Source: Trichlorobacter lovleyi SZ
Lineage (GTDB): Bacteria > Desulfobacterota > Desulfuromonadia > Geobacterales > Pseudopelobacteraceae
Direction of reading: 5' to 3'
Length of the DNA stretch: 32,000 nt
Assembly (NCBI RefSeq): GCF_000020385.1
Contig: NC_010814.1
Location: 660,001-692,000, forward strand
Shown: positions 1-8,493 of the stretch, in pieces
Numbering within the stretch: position 1 is the first letter of the stretch
Layout: the number at the start of each line of letters is the position of its first letter
The notes under the pieces: generated by a model
What the model saw: only the letters and a program-made list of their open reading frames with translations
Told to the model about the DNA's origin: nothing
The model's database searches: none
Program-made: the position numbers and the translations under genes

Positions 1-618
1 TGAGAGGCCGTCGGCGATCAGGGCCACTCCGATCATCAGCAGAAACGACAAGGCCAGCACCTTGACCGTCGGGTGGCGATCCACAAAGCGGCTGACCGAT
101 CCGGCAAAGAACAGCATGATTCCCACCGAGATCACCACGGCGGTTACCATCACCCCCAGTTGGCGGGCCATACCCACCGCTGTAATGACCGAATCCAGCG
201 AGAATACGATGTCCAGAAACATGATCTGGATCAGCACGCTGTTGAATGCGGCGGCTCCCTTGCCTCCGTCGGCATGGTGTTCCTCCCCCTCCAGCTTGTC
301 GTGAATCTCCATGGTGCTCTTGGCCAGCAGAAACAGGCCGCCAATGATCAGGATCAGGTCACGGCCCGAGACACCGTGATTGAAGATGAAAAAGAACGGT
401 GCGGTCAGTTTCATGATCCAGGCCAGTGAGAAAAGCAGCAGGATGCGGGTGATCATGGCCAGCGAAAGCCCGATTTTTTGAGCCTTTTCCCGCTGGTGCT
501 CCGGCAGTTTCCCGGTCAGGATGCTGATAAAGATGATGTTGTCGATGCCCAGTACGATCTCAAGGGCGGTCAGGGTCAAGAGGGCCAGCCAGGCCTGGGG
601 ATCAGTCAGCCAATCCAT
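1..618 (-). CDS. TerC-family integral membrane protein (first 206 codons; the 3' end lies beyond the window start)
   Basis: The minus-strand frame is open from ATG (618..616) to position 1. I checked every triplet and found no stop. It is absent from the ORF track because it has no stop in the window. The translation MDWLTDPQAWLALLTLTALEIVLGIDNIIFISILTGKLPEHQREKAQKIGLSLAMITRILLLFSLAWIMKL... is multi-TM, and the GIDNIIF-type N-terminus is typical of TerC/YoaE/Alx-like proteins. An AAAGGA sits about 12 nt upstream. The plus-strand ORFs 62..304 and 73..429 are shadows of this gene. Confidence 0.8.
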   Translation of the reverse strand, partial: MDWLTDPQAWLALLTLTALEIVLGIDNIIFISILTGKLPEHQREKAQKIGLSLAMITRILLLFSLAWIMKLTAPFFFIFNHGVSGRDLILIIGGLFLLAKSTMEIHDKLEGEEHHADGGKGAAAFNSVLIQIMFLDIVFSLDSVITAVGMARQLGVMVTAVVISVGIMLFFAGSVSRFVDRHPTVKVLALSFLLMIGVALIADGLS

Positions 619-765
619 ATGAATGTATATCCTTTCGGGTAAAGAAAACTATTGCGGAAGCCGTCTGCTGCGTTGCGCGGTACTTGCTACCTTGCCTGCC
701 TGCATTGATATGTCCCGGTAGCTGCGTGTCGTGCGCCTTGCATCCGGTCTTCCTCATAAATATTT

Positions 766-1083
766 TCAGGGTTCTTTTTTGTTGAGGTCGGTGCAGGTGA
801 AGCGGCGGCAGATCGCCGGGCGGTGGTGGTAAATGCCGCAACGGTTGCCAACCAGAAATTCACAGCCAAGTTCAATCATCAGATAATAGTGGCCATTCAG
901 GGTAAATTCAAGCCGTTTTGCCCCCAACTGCTGCAGGCCGGCATACTCTTCAGCAGTCAGCTCTACGCTGGGAAAACCCTGGCAGCAGGAAGCATCGCAG
1001 CTGGCGCAGCGCTCATTCCCGTCCTCCGGGTGATCCAACAGGATGCCGTGCAGCTTTTTGCGATTGCGCTGAAAAAGCCCCAT
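766..1083 (-). CDS. YkgJ-family cysteine-cluster protein (putative Zn/Fe-chelating CxxCxxCC-type domain)
   Basis: 105-aa ORF with CASCDASCC near the N-terminus and CGIYHHRPAICRRFTC near the C-terminus, the pattern of the YkgJ/UPF0153 family. GGAG lies 6 nt upstream of the ATG at 1083. Confidence 0.75.
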   Translation of the reverse strand: MGLFQRNRKKLHGILLDHPEDGNERCASCDASCCQGFPSVELTAEEYAGLQQLGAKRLEFTLNGHYYLMIELGCEFLVGNRCGIYHHRPAICRRFTCTDLNKKEP

Positions 1084-1219
1084 GTCCAGCTCCTTATTCC
1101 GATTTCAGTTCAAGGATGCTATCAAGGCGGCGAGGAATTCGGCGACGCAGGCGTACACGCAGTACGTTGAGGAGCCGATGACGAGCCAACGAAGAGAGGG
1201 CCTTGAAATGGAATCGGAA

Positions 1220-2053
1220 CTAGATGAATAGCGGCGCCTCCGATGCAGGTACCAGCCCGGCCGCCTCAGCCCGGCGCAGCAGCTCGGCAATGGCCTGCTC
1301 TCCCTCTGCTCCCAACTGCTGCGAGAAGTCATTGACATACAGCCCGATATGGGCAGCGCAGACCTGTTCATTCATCTCCTGGGCATGCTCCCGGATATAT
1401 TGGGTGGCTGCCGCAGGATTGTTACGGGCATACTCCACACCATCGGCCAGGGCTTGTTCAATGGCGCGGATGGTGTCAGCCCCCAGGCTGCGTTTGGCCA
1501 CAATCCCGCCCAGGGGGATCGGCAGGCCGGTCTCGTTCTCCCACCACTCTCCCAGATCCACCAGCTGGTGCAGGCCAAAGCCCTGATAGGTAAAGCGGGA
1601 TTCGTGGATGATCACCCCGGCGTCGGCCCGCCCGGTCATGACCGCATCCATGATCTCATGGAACGGCATCTCCAGAAAGGTGGTCAGACCGGGGGCATAC
1701 AGACGCATCAGCAGGTGGGCCGTGGTGTAGCGGCCCGGAATGGCAATGGTCTTGCCCTGCAGCGCAGCAGGATCAAGCGGTTCCTTAGCCACCAGCAGCG
1801 GCCCGCAGCCGCGCCCCAGGGCGCTGCCGGCCCGCAGCAGGGCGTACTGTTCGCGGAAGTGCCCCAGGGCGGCATAGGAGACCTTGGTCACATCCAGTAC
1901 CCCTTTCACGGCCAGCCGGTTGAGGGTCTCCACATCCTCCAGCCGCTCGTTGAAGCTGTAGCCGCCGGTATCCACCAGGCCATGCACCAGCGGATAGAAC
2001 ATGAAGGTGTCGTTGGGACAAGGGGAAAATCCAAGGGTTAAGGGGTTCTTCAT
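1220..2053 (-). CDS. mqnD: 1,4-dihydroxy-6-naphthoate synthase (futalosine menaquinone pathway)
   Basis: LTLGFSPCPNDTFMFYPLVHG near the N-terminus is characteristic of MqnD, and the periplasmic-binding-protein-like fold signature runs through to the C-terminus. The track ORF extends to 2092 (TTG, then ATG at 2089). I prefer the ATG at 2053 (MKNPLTLGFSPCPND) because GGAG sits 5 nt upstream and homologues start close to the SPCPND motif. Confidence 0.85.
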   Translation of the reverse strand: MKNPLTLGFSPCPNDTFMFYPLVHGLVDTGGYSFNERLEDVETLNRLAVKGVLDVTKVSYAALGHFREQYALLRAGSALGRGCGPLLVAKEPLDPAALQGKTIAIPGRYTTAHLLMRLYAPGLTTFLEMPFHEIMDAVMTGRADAGVIIHESRFTYQGFGLHQLVDLGEWWENETGLPIPLGGIVAKRSLGADTIRAIEQALADGVEYARNNPAAATQYIREHAQEMNEQVCAAHIGLYVNDFSQQLGAEGEQAIAELLRRAEAAGLVPASEAPLFI

Positions 2054-2098
2054 AGGTGCTCCGGAGTTCCAGATGGTTTGTCGTTCCATCAATTTAAG

Positions 2099-2563
2099 TT
2101 ACTGTTTTTTTGCTTCTCTCATCATCCGGGTCAATACCCGATCCAGTGATGAGGCAAAGCGCTGGCGGTCGGTCATGCCGAACTGGGCCGGGCCGCCCTG
2201 CACCAGCCCCTCACTCCGCAGCGACTGCATCAGGTCGCGCATGGAGAGCCGTTCCCCCACATTGTCTTCGTTGTACAGCTCACCCCGCGGGTCGATCCCC
2301 ACTGCCCCTTTGGCCACAATCCGTGCTGCCAGCGGGATGTCGGCCGTAATCACCAGATCCTGGGCAGTTGCCTGTTCTGCAATATAGTCATCAGCAACGT
2401 CAGGCCCGTCATCCACCACCACTGAGCTGATCAGCCCTGCGTGGTGCTTGGCAAGCGGCTTGTTGGCTACCAGCATGACCGGCAGATTCAACCGTTCCGA
2501 GGCCCGGAAGACGATCTCCTTGATCACCCGCGGGCAGGCGTCGGCATCAATCCAGATGGTCAT
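2099..2563 (-). CDS. yaiI: YaiI/YqxD-family protein (UPF0178/DUF188)
   Basis: The 154-aa product [24 protein letters not shown]...[19 protein letters not shown]...RGE...RDLM closely follows E. coli YaiI as I recall it. The ATG overlaps the stop of the upstream aminopeptidase gene (ATGA at 2560..2563). Confidence 0.9.
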   Translation of the reverse strand: MTIWIDADACPRVIKEIVFRASERLNLPVMLVANKPLAKHHAGLISSVVVDDGPDVADDYIAEQATAQDLVITADIPLAARIVAKGAVGIDPRGELYNEDNVGERLSMRDLMQSLRSEGLVQGGPAQFGMTDRQRFASSLDRVLTRMMREAKKQ

Positions 2564-3690
2564 AGCTGCAGTTGCCCGTTGTCAATGATGATCTCCTGGC
2601 TGCCGTCCGGCATGACCAGGGTCAGGGTTGGCTGATAAAAGACATAATCTTCATGGAACGGCGCCGCCACCGTGCCGCCAAAGCCGGTGTTGTCCCCCAG
2701 GGCCAGGTGGATGGTGCCCAGAATCTTCTCCGCCTCCAGGACGTTGTCCGGTCGGCTGGCCTTGTCGTTGGTGCCGATCCCCAGTTCTGCCAGGTTGCGG
2801 CAGTTGGGGTTTTCGGCAAACTTGGTCTCCAGGCGCTGCCGCAGCGGATCATTGCCTTCAATCCGAACCACCTTGCCGTCGGCAATGGTCAGGGTCAGCG
2901 GGCTTTGCAGTTTGGCGGTTGGGCCCCACTCAATCACCATGGTGCCGTGACTCTCCCCTTCAAGCGGTGCCAGATAGGCCTCGCCGGCCGGAAGGTTACC
3001 AAAGGTGCCGTCAGCCGTCAGCAGTCCATCATCCCCTTCGGCATGGCGCCCTTTTTTGCAGATATGCATCACCGTGCCGTTGGGGCATTCAACATAGACC
3101 CACTCGGCCCGGTTGACCGCTTCCACCAGACGGTTGGTCCGTGCAGCCAGGGCGTGCCAGTCCACGGTCATGGAGCTGCCGAACATCTCCGGATCAAAAT
3201 GAGGCAGGGAGGCAAAGCGCGCCCCGGCATGGCAGGCCAGCTTGCGAAAGTTGGTGTGACTGCTGGAGTTGTTGGACAGGGCGATGATGATATTGGCGAC
3301 AGCCTCTTTACCGGCCGCCACAATGGTGCGGGCCCGCTCCAGCCCAACAGGGTCAATGCTCTTTTCAAGCAGCGGCCCCATCAGGCCGGTGGTCTCAAGC
3401 TGTTCGATGATGTCGTCACCAAACACGGCAGCCCAGAGCGCCAGCGGCGGTTCTGCGCCGGAAGCCGGGGTGGCGGGGAAATCCGCAAAGGAGGCGTTGC
3501 CATACTGCTGCGCGGCAAAATCGGCCAGTTCCCGGGCCGTGGCATGCAGCCGGATGCGGCGGTCGCGGTCTGCCTCGCTGATGGTCTCATTGCTGCGGAT
3601 CAGGTCGCTGAAGACCAGGATTCGTTCATTGCTGCGGTAGCCCATGTTGGTGCTGAAGAGTGATCTGAATGACGGATGGTAGGTTTGCAT
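2560..3690 (-). CDS. M29-like aminopeptidase (AmpS/PepS/aminopeptidase T family)
   Basis: 376 aa with motifs [16 protein letters not shown] and [10 protein letters not shown] that are typical of the thermophilic metalloprotease M29 family. GGAG lies 9 nt upstream of the ATG at 3690. Confidence 0.8.
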   Translation of the reverse strand: MQTYHPSFRSLFSTNMGYRSNERILVFSDLIRSNETISEADRDRRIRLHATARELADFAAQQYGNASFADFPATPASGAEPPLALWAAVFGDDIIEQLETTGLMGPLLEKSIDPVGLERARTIVAAGKEAVANIIIALSNNSSSHTNFRKLACHAGARFASLPHFDPEMFGSSMTVDWHALAARTNRLVEAVNRAEWVYVECPNGTVMHICKKGRHAEGDDGLLTADGTFGNLPAGEAYLAPLEGESHGTMVIEWGPTAKLQSPLTLTIADGKVVRIEGNDPLRQRLETKFAENPNCRNLAELGIGTNDKASRPDNVLEAEKILGTIHLALGDNTGFGGTVAAPFHEDYVFYQPTLTLVMPDGSQEIIIDNGQLQL

Positions 3691-3902
3691 TGCCGGCTAC
3701 TCCTTTTTAATGTGTGCTGTACTGTACCACAAAATTTGTTTTCAGGAGGCACTGAGGCTGGTCATTCTGATTTTTTTTCCCTTGATTTCAGCGGAACGGT
3801 TATGGTAATCAGGCATACTGTATACAATTTGCGGACGAGTTTTTGTCTGTCAAAATAACTACTTAACGTATCGAAAATATTGGGTTTTGACGTAACCCGG
3901 AG

Positions 3903-5927
3903 GTGGCTGTGGCACAGGTCGTTTTTTCAACATGGGGTAGTTCAGTCGTTGACAACAGGAATGTCACCGGTGAACCGGCAGCAGCCAGTTATCGTCTGCC
4001 GGTGGCCTTTGACGGGCAGCAGCCGTTGCGGGCCTTTATGGGCTGGGACGGCATCATCGTCTTTGACAAGGATGTGGATGTTCCGGCCATGGCGGCTGAA
4101 TATATGCAGCGGGTCCAGACCATGTACTGCTGCGGCAAGTGTACCCCCGGGAAAAAAGGGACCAAGGTGCTGGCCGATCTGTTGCAGAAGGTGATCAAGG
4201 GTGAGGCCAAGCCCGGTGATCTGGATCAGGTGGCTGACCTGAACGCCCTGCTGCAGAACTGCAAGTGTACGCTCTGCCCCAGCTCAACCAAGCCGGTGCT
4301 GGATGCCGTAACCTACTACCGCGCCGATTTTGAGGCACTCTGTGATGGCAGCCGCAAGCCCAAAAACGAGCGGTACCTGCACAAGATCACTGCGCCCTGT
4401 ATGGACAAATGTCCGGCCCATATCGATATCCCCAAGTATGTTGAAGAGATCAAGAACTACCAGTACAGCGATGCACTGGCCACCATCCGTGAGAACATGC
4501 CGCTGCCCGCGGTCTGCGGCCGGGTCTGTCCGCACCCCTGCGAGACCGCCTGCCGTCGAAAAAATGTGGATGATGCCATCAATATCATGGTGCTGAAACG
4601 CTCTGCCTCCGATTTCGAGTGGATGCACAAGTTGCAGCATCCGGCCAACACGGTGCCGATGAAGGACAAGACCGTCGGTATTGTCGGCGCCGGTCCTGCC
4701 GGACTGGCCGCTGCCTACTACCTGGCCCTGCAGGGCTATCGCAGCACCATCTACGAAACCCTGCCGGAAGGTTATGGCGGCGGCATGGTTGCCGTGGGTA
4801 TTCCGGCCTACCGGATGCCGCGCCACCTGCTGCAGCGTGATATCGACATCATCCAGTCAATGGGGGTTGAGATCGTCTACAACTGCCGCGTTGGCCAGGA
4901 TATCTCCCTGGCAGAGCTTAAGGCCAAGCATACTGCCGTGTTCCTGGCTCCCGGCGCCCACCGCTCCAAGCCGATGGGGGTTGAAGGGGAGGATGCCGGC
5001 TATAAGGGCTTCCTGAAGGGGGGTATCGACTTCCTGCGGGATGCCTACATGCATCGCCCGACCGGTATGGGCAAGAAGGTGGTGGTGGTCGGCGGCGGTA
5101 ACACGGCCATTGACTGCGTGCGGGTTGCTCTGCGTGAAGGGTGTGAGGCCTCCTATCTGGTCTATCGCCGCTCCCGCAAGGAGATGCCGGCCGATGTCTG
5201 GGAAGTTGATGGTGCTGATGAGGAAGGGGTGCAGTTCGAGTTCCAGGTGCTGCCCACCAAGATCATTGCCAATGCCGACAACCAGGTTACCGGTGTTGAG
5301 TGCGTGCGGATGGCCCTGGGTGAGCCGGATGCCTCCGGTCGCCGTCGCCCTGAACCGGTGCCCGGCTCTGAGTTCATTATTGAGTGCGATACCGTTATTC
5401 CGGCCATCGGCCAGGATATGGACCTGAGCTTTATCCCGCCTGATATGGGAATTGACATCACCAAGTGGAACACTGTGGTCACCAAGTACCTGCCGATCAA
5501 AGATGCAGCAGGCAAGGGGCTGAACGACAGCATGGGCAACCCGCTGGTACGCACCCTGATGACTGATTGTGACGGCGTGTTTGCCGGTGGTGACGCCGAG
5601 ATCGGCCCTCTGACCGTGGTGGCCTGCGTCGGCAATGCCCACCGTGCCGCCAACGTGATGGTGCGTTGGATGGAAGAAGGCAAGGCGTATTTGACTGAAC
5701 AGGAGATCTTTGAAGACTTGCTGACCTATCTTGGGGTCTACGACAAGAATGAGCCGGTTGCCTGGCTTGATTCTGCTGACCGCGCCAACCAGAAAGAGGT
5801 ACATGGTCGAGAGCGTGCCTCCAAGGGTAACTATAGCGAGGTTGAGCTCGGCTTTGCCGACTCCGTTGCCCAGGCCGAGGCAGATCGTTGTCTGCGGTGT
5901 TACCGCATGGCGATGGTGGCGCTGTAA
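3903..5927 (+). CDS. NAD(P)H-dependent iron-sulfur flavoprotein: GltD-like (glutamate synthase small-subunit type) with an N-terminal NuoF-C-terminal-like domain; SfrB-like
   Basis: 674 aa. GltD-type Fe-S motifs CMDKCPAHIDIPKY and VCGRVCPHPCETACRR. Two dinucleotide folds, GIVGAGPAGLAAAYYL and VVVVGGGNTAIDC. The N-terminal ~150 aa carry CCGKCTPGKKGT...CKCTLC, resembling the NuoF 4Fe-4S region. The architecture and size match the SfrB subunit described in Geobacter. The start is ambiguous: GTG at 3903 overlaps the GGAGG at 3899..3903, whereas the in-frame GTG at 3909 has better spacing. Confidence 0.85.
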   Translation: MAVAQVVFSTWGSSVVDNRNVTGEPAAASYRLPVAFDGQQPLRAFMGWDGIIVFDKDVDVPAMAAEYMQRVQTMYCCGKCTPGKKGTKVLADLLQKVIKGEAKPGDLDQVADLNALLQNCKCTLCPSSTKPVLDAVTYYRADFEALCDGSRKPKNERYLHKITAPCMDKCPAHIDIPKYVEEIKNYQYSDALATIRENMPLPAVCGRVCPHPCETACRRKNVDDAINIMVLKRSASDFEWMHKLQHPANTVPMKDKTVGIVGAGPAGLAAAYYLALQGYRSTIYETLPEGYGGGMVAVGIPAYRMPRHLLQRDIDIIQSMGVEIVYNCRVGQDISLAELKAKHTAVFLAPGAHRSKPMGVEGEDAGYKGFLKGGIDFLRDAYMHRPTGMGKKVVVVGGGNTAIDCVRVALREGCEASYLVYRRSRKEMPADVWEVDGADEEGVQFEFQVLPTKIIANADNQVTGVECVRMALGEPDASGRRRPEPVPGSEFIIECDTVIPAIGQDMDLSFIPPDMGIDITKWNTVVTKYLPIKDAAGKGLNDSMGNPLVRTLMTDCDGVFAGGDAEIGPLTVVACVGNAHRAANVMVRWMEEGKAYLTEQEIFEDLLTYLGVYDKNEPVAWLDSADRANQKEVHGRERASKGNYSEVELGFADSVAQAEADRCLRCYRMAMVAL

Positions 5928-5989
5928 GGGAAGCGGTTCTTTTCAGTAGATTCGGATACATAAATTTCACCAGCATAGGAAACTAAGTA

Positions 5990-8416
5990 ATGGCACACAC
6001 TGAATGCTGCGATAGCAATAAGACCATCTCCCTGACCATTGACGGCACCGATGTCCAGGTTCCGGCCGGAACCACCATCCTGGATGCCGCCCGGAAGCTG
6101 GGAATCAAGATCCCGACGCTCTGCTGGCTGGAAAAGATCTCCACCACCGGCGCCTGCCGTGTCTGTGCCGTGCATGTGGAAGGGGTTGAGCGTCCCATGA
6201 CCGCCTGTAATACGCCGGTCAAGGAAGGGATCAAGGTCACGACCCAGTCTCCTGAGCTGGAGAAGATTCGTAAGAAGACCATGGAACTGATGCTGGTCAA
6301 TCACCCGCTGGACTGTCCGGTCTGCGATGCGGCTGGCGAGTGCGATCTGCAGGATACCTGCTACGGTCTTGGGGTTGCCAAGCAGGAGTATGCCGCTGAT
6401 CTGGAACGCCTGCAGATCCGCTATGACTGGTCCCTGCTGGAGAGCGATCCCAATCGCTGCATTCTGTGTGAGAAGTGTGTCAAGGTCTGCCGCGAGATCA
6501 CCGGTGTCGGCGCCATTGAGACCCAGTCCTGCGGTGACCGTGCCGTGGTTGAAACCGTCTCCGGTAAGCCGCTGGATTGCGACTTCTGCGGTAACTGCAT
6601 CGCTGCCTGCCCCACCGGTACCCTGATCAGCAAGCCGTTCAAGTTTGCCGGCCGCCCCTGGTCCTTTGAGGTAAAGAACGGTATCTGCGGCTTCTGCTCA
6701 TCCGGTTGCCAGATCGAGTATCACCTCCAGAACGGCAAGGTCGCACGGGTCACCAGTGATGACAGTACCTACAACAATGGCAACCTCTGTATCAATGGTC
6801 GTTTTGGTTACAGCGCATTCAATACAGCAGAGCGTCTGACCCAGCCGCTGATCAAAGGGGTTGATGGCCAGCAGAAGCCGGCTTCCTGGGATGCCGCCCT
6901 GTCCACGGCCGTATCCGCCACCAAGGAGATCATCGCCAAGTACGGTGCTGCTGCTGTGGCCGGTATCGGTTCACCCCGGGTGACCAATGAAGAGAGCTTT
7001 CTGTTTGCCAAGCTGATCAAGGAAGCGGTTGGCTCTGCAAATCTGGATTCCGAGGCCCGCCTCGGCTATGCCCAGGCTCAGGAGCTGCAGGCAAAGCTGA
7101 TCGGCATGACCGGTGCCACCAAGTCGATGGATGCCCTGGAAAAGGCCGGTTGCATCATTGTGCTAGGGTCTGACCTGAAGGCAGAGTCAGCCGGTTTCGG
7201 CTATCGTGCCATCAAGGCGGCCACCAAGCGCGATGCCAGGCTGGTAATCGCCTCTGCCCGTCCTACCTCGCTGGATAAGTTTGCCAACAGCTCACTGCGT
7301 TACAAGGCTGGCTCAGAAGGCTTTGTTGCCCTTGGTCTGGCCAAGGCAGCCATCAGCCAGAACAAGGCCGTTGCCGCTGAAGGGCTGGAGGCCTTCAAGC
7401 AGTCCGTGGCAGGCACCAGCTTTGATCAGATACAGGCCGCCACCGGCTTGACCGAGGCTGATTTTGCCGATGCGGTTTCGTTCATCAACGGCCAGGTTGC
7501 CGTCATGTACGGTTTTGAGTTCATCCGCAGTGTCGATGCCGCTGCCGCCGTTACCGGTGCCCTGAACCTGGCGATCCTGACCGCTGCCGATCTCTATCCG
7601 ATTGATGAGAAGAATAACACCCAGGGGATGCTTGACATGGGGGTTGTGCCGGGTGCAGGCGGTAAAGACCTGTTCGGTATTATTGACGGGATCGAAAAGG
7701 GCGAGATCCACTGTCTGTATGTCATGGGATCTGATCTGCTGCAGCTGCCCAACCGTTCCAGGGTTGCAGCTGCTCTGCAGAAGCTGGAATGTCTGGTGGT
7801 GCTGGATCTGTTCCCCACTGCGACGGCCCGGCTGGCTGATGTGCTGCTGCCCGCTGCTGCCGCACCGGAAAAGGCCGGCAGCTTTACCAGTACTGACAAT
7901 CGCACCCAGAGTTTCACTGCGGCAGCCACAGCACCTGGTGAGGCCCGTCCTGATTACATCATCCTGGGTGATCTCTATGCACGTTTGAGCGGCGGTGCAG
8001 TTCCCAGTCTGGCTGCACTGCAGCAGGAAATTGCCCCGGTTGTCAAAAAACAGCTGGAAGCTCCGGTACTGGCCTTTACTGCGCCACAGGCCCATGCTGC
8101 CGGTTCCATGACCCTGCTGATTGCACCGTTCCTGCGCCACAACGGCAGCTACACCAGCTGGTCGGCCAATAACCTGCTGGTTGCTGCTGAAGCTGTGCTG
8201 CTGCTTGGTGAGGCGGATGCCGCACGTCTGGCGCTGAAAGAGGGGGATCCGGTAACGGTTACCGCGGCAGGTACATCAGTGACCCTGCCGGTACAGCTGT
8301 GTGCGGGCATCCCTGCCGGACTTGCCGTTGCACCTACTCATTTCCCCGGTAGTGGTATCAGTGCGCTGATGGTCAAGTCGGCAGCGAGTTTTACCGTGAC
8401 TCTTGCCAAGGGCTAG
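5990..8416 (+). CDS. NuoG/formate-dehydrogenase-alpha-like iron-sulfur molybdopterin-oxidoreductase-fold subunit; SfrA-like
   Basis: 808 aa. 2Fe-2S motif CWLEKISTTGACRVCAV...TAC. His-ligated cluster motif HPLDCPVCDAAGEC. Two ferredoxin-type motifs, CILCEKCVKVC and CDFCGNCIAACP. MopB N-terminal cluster CGFCSSGCQ...C, followed by a long molybdopterin-oxidoreductase-like domain. No in-frame TGA. It lies 62 nt downstream of the SfrB-like gene. Confidence 0.85.
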   Translation: MAHTECCDSNKTISLTIDGTDVQVPAGTTILDAARKLGIKIPTLCWLEKISTTGACRVCAVHVEGVERPMTACNTPVKEGIKVTTQSPELEKIRKKTMELMLVNHPLDCPVCDAAGECDLQDTCYGLGVAKQEYAADLERLQIRYDWSLLESDPNRCILCEKCVKVCREITGVGAIETQSCGDRAVVETVSGKPLDCDFCGNCIAACPTGTLISKPFKFAGRPWSFEVKNGICGFCSSGCQIEYHLQNGKVARVTSDDSTYNNGNLCINGRFGYSAFNTAERLTQPLIKGVDGQQKPASWDAALSTAVSATKEIIAKYGAAAVAGIGSPRVTNEESFLFAKLIKEAVGSANLDSEARLGYAQAQELQAKLIGMTGATKSMDALEKAGCIIVLGSDLKAESAGFGYRAIKAATKRDARLVIASARPTSLDKFANSSLRYKAGSEGFVALGLAKAAISQNKAVAAEGLEAFKQSVAGTSFDQIQAATGLTEADFADAVSFINGQVAVMYGFEFIRSVDAAAAVTGALNLAILTAADLYPIDEKNNTQGMLDMGVVPGAGGKDLFGIIDGIEKGEIHCLYVMGSDLLQLPNRSRVAAALQKLECLVVLDLFPTATARLADVLLPAAAAPEKAGSFTSTDNRTQSFTAAATAPGEARPDYIILGDLYARLSGGAVPSLAALQQEIAPVVKKQLEAPVLAFTAPQAHAAGSMTLLIAPFLRHNGSYTSWSANNLLVAAEAVLLLGEADAARLALKEGDPVTVTAAGTSVTLPVQLCAGIPAGLAVAPTHFPGSGISALMVKSAASFTVTLAKG

Positions 8417-8446
8417 GCAATAATTTCCGGACGTGGTACGTTCAAG

Positions 8447-8476
8447 GCGCCGCATACACTATGCGGCGCTTTTTTT
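8447..8476 (+). terminator. Rho-independent terminator after the SfrA-like gene
   Basis: Perfect 10-bp stem (GCGCCGCATA at 8447..8456 with TATGCGGCGC at 8460..8469), 3-nt loop CAC, then a run of 7 T (8470..8476). Confidence 0.85.
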
Positions 8477-8493
8477 ATTGAGGTAACCGGTCT

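Noticed and set aside
619-765. Possible yybP-ykoY (Mn2+) riboswitch in the 147-nt leader upstream of the TerC-family gene, since TerC/Alx genes often carry one.
   Set aside because: The minus-strand leader has faint resemblances (GGGACATAT and GTAGCAAGTACC versus the conserved UUGACAUA and UAGCAAGACC). I could not find the conserved GGGGAGUAG element or a convincing closing P1 helix. It should be tested with the Rfam RF00080 model, but the sequence as I read it does not support the call.
2572-3663. Long antisense ORFs opposite real genes: 2572..3663 plus, 1349..2041 plus, 4857..5804 minus, 7313..8140 minus, 9520..10422 minus, 14331..15053 plus, 15928..16506 plus, 19931..20482 plus, 21042..21776 plus, 27107..27649 plus and 27926..28453 plus.
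   Set aside because: These are shadow frames typical of GC-rich coding DNA. They have biased Arg/Gly/Pro/Gln-rich low-complexity translations, no recognisable domains, no RBS, and each lies fully inside a gene with strong family signatures on the other strand.
3691-3902. Divergent promoter region between the aminopeptidase and the SfrB-like gene. Candidates were TTGATT (3782..3787), 18 nt, TAATCA (3806..3811) with a TG extension, and a TGTG-N11-CACA partial palindrome (near 3711..3729) that could be a CRP/FNR-type site.
   Set aside because: The hexamers are weak and alternative placements are equally plausible. The palindrome matches only the outer four bases of CRP/FNR-like consensus sequences. 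This is too speculative to list as a feature without start-site data.
5990-8416. Selenocysteine (in-frame TGA plus SECIS) in the formate-dehydrogenase-like large subunit.
   Set aside because: The 808-codon frame is continuous with no internal TGA, so there is no evidence for Sec recoding.
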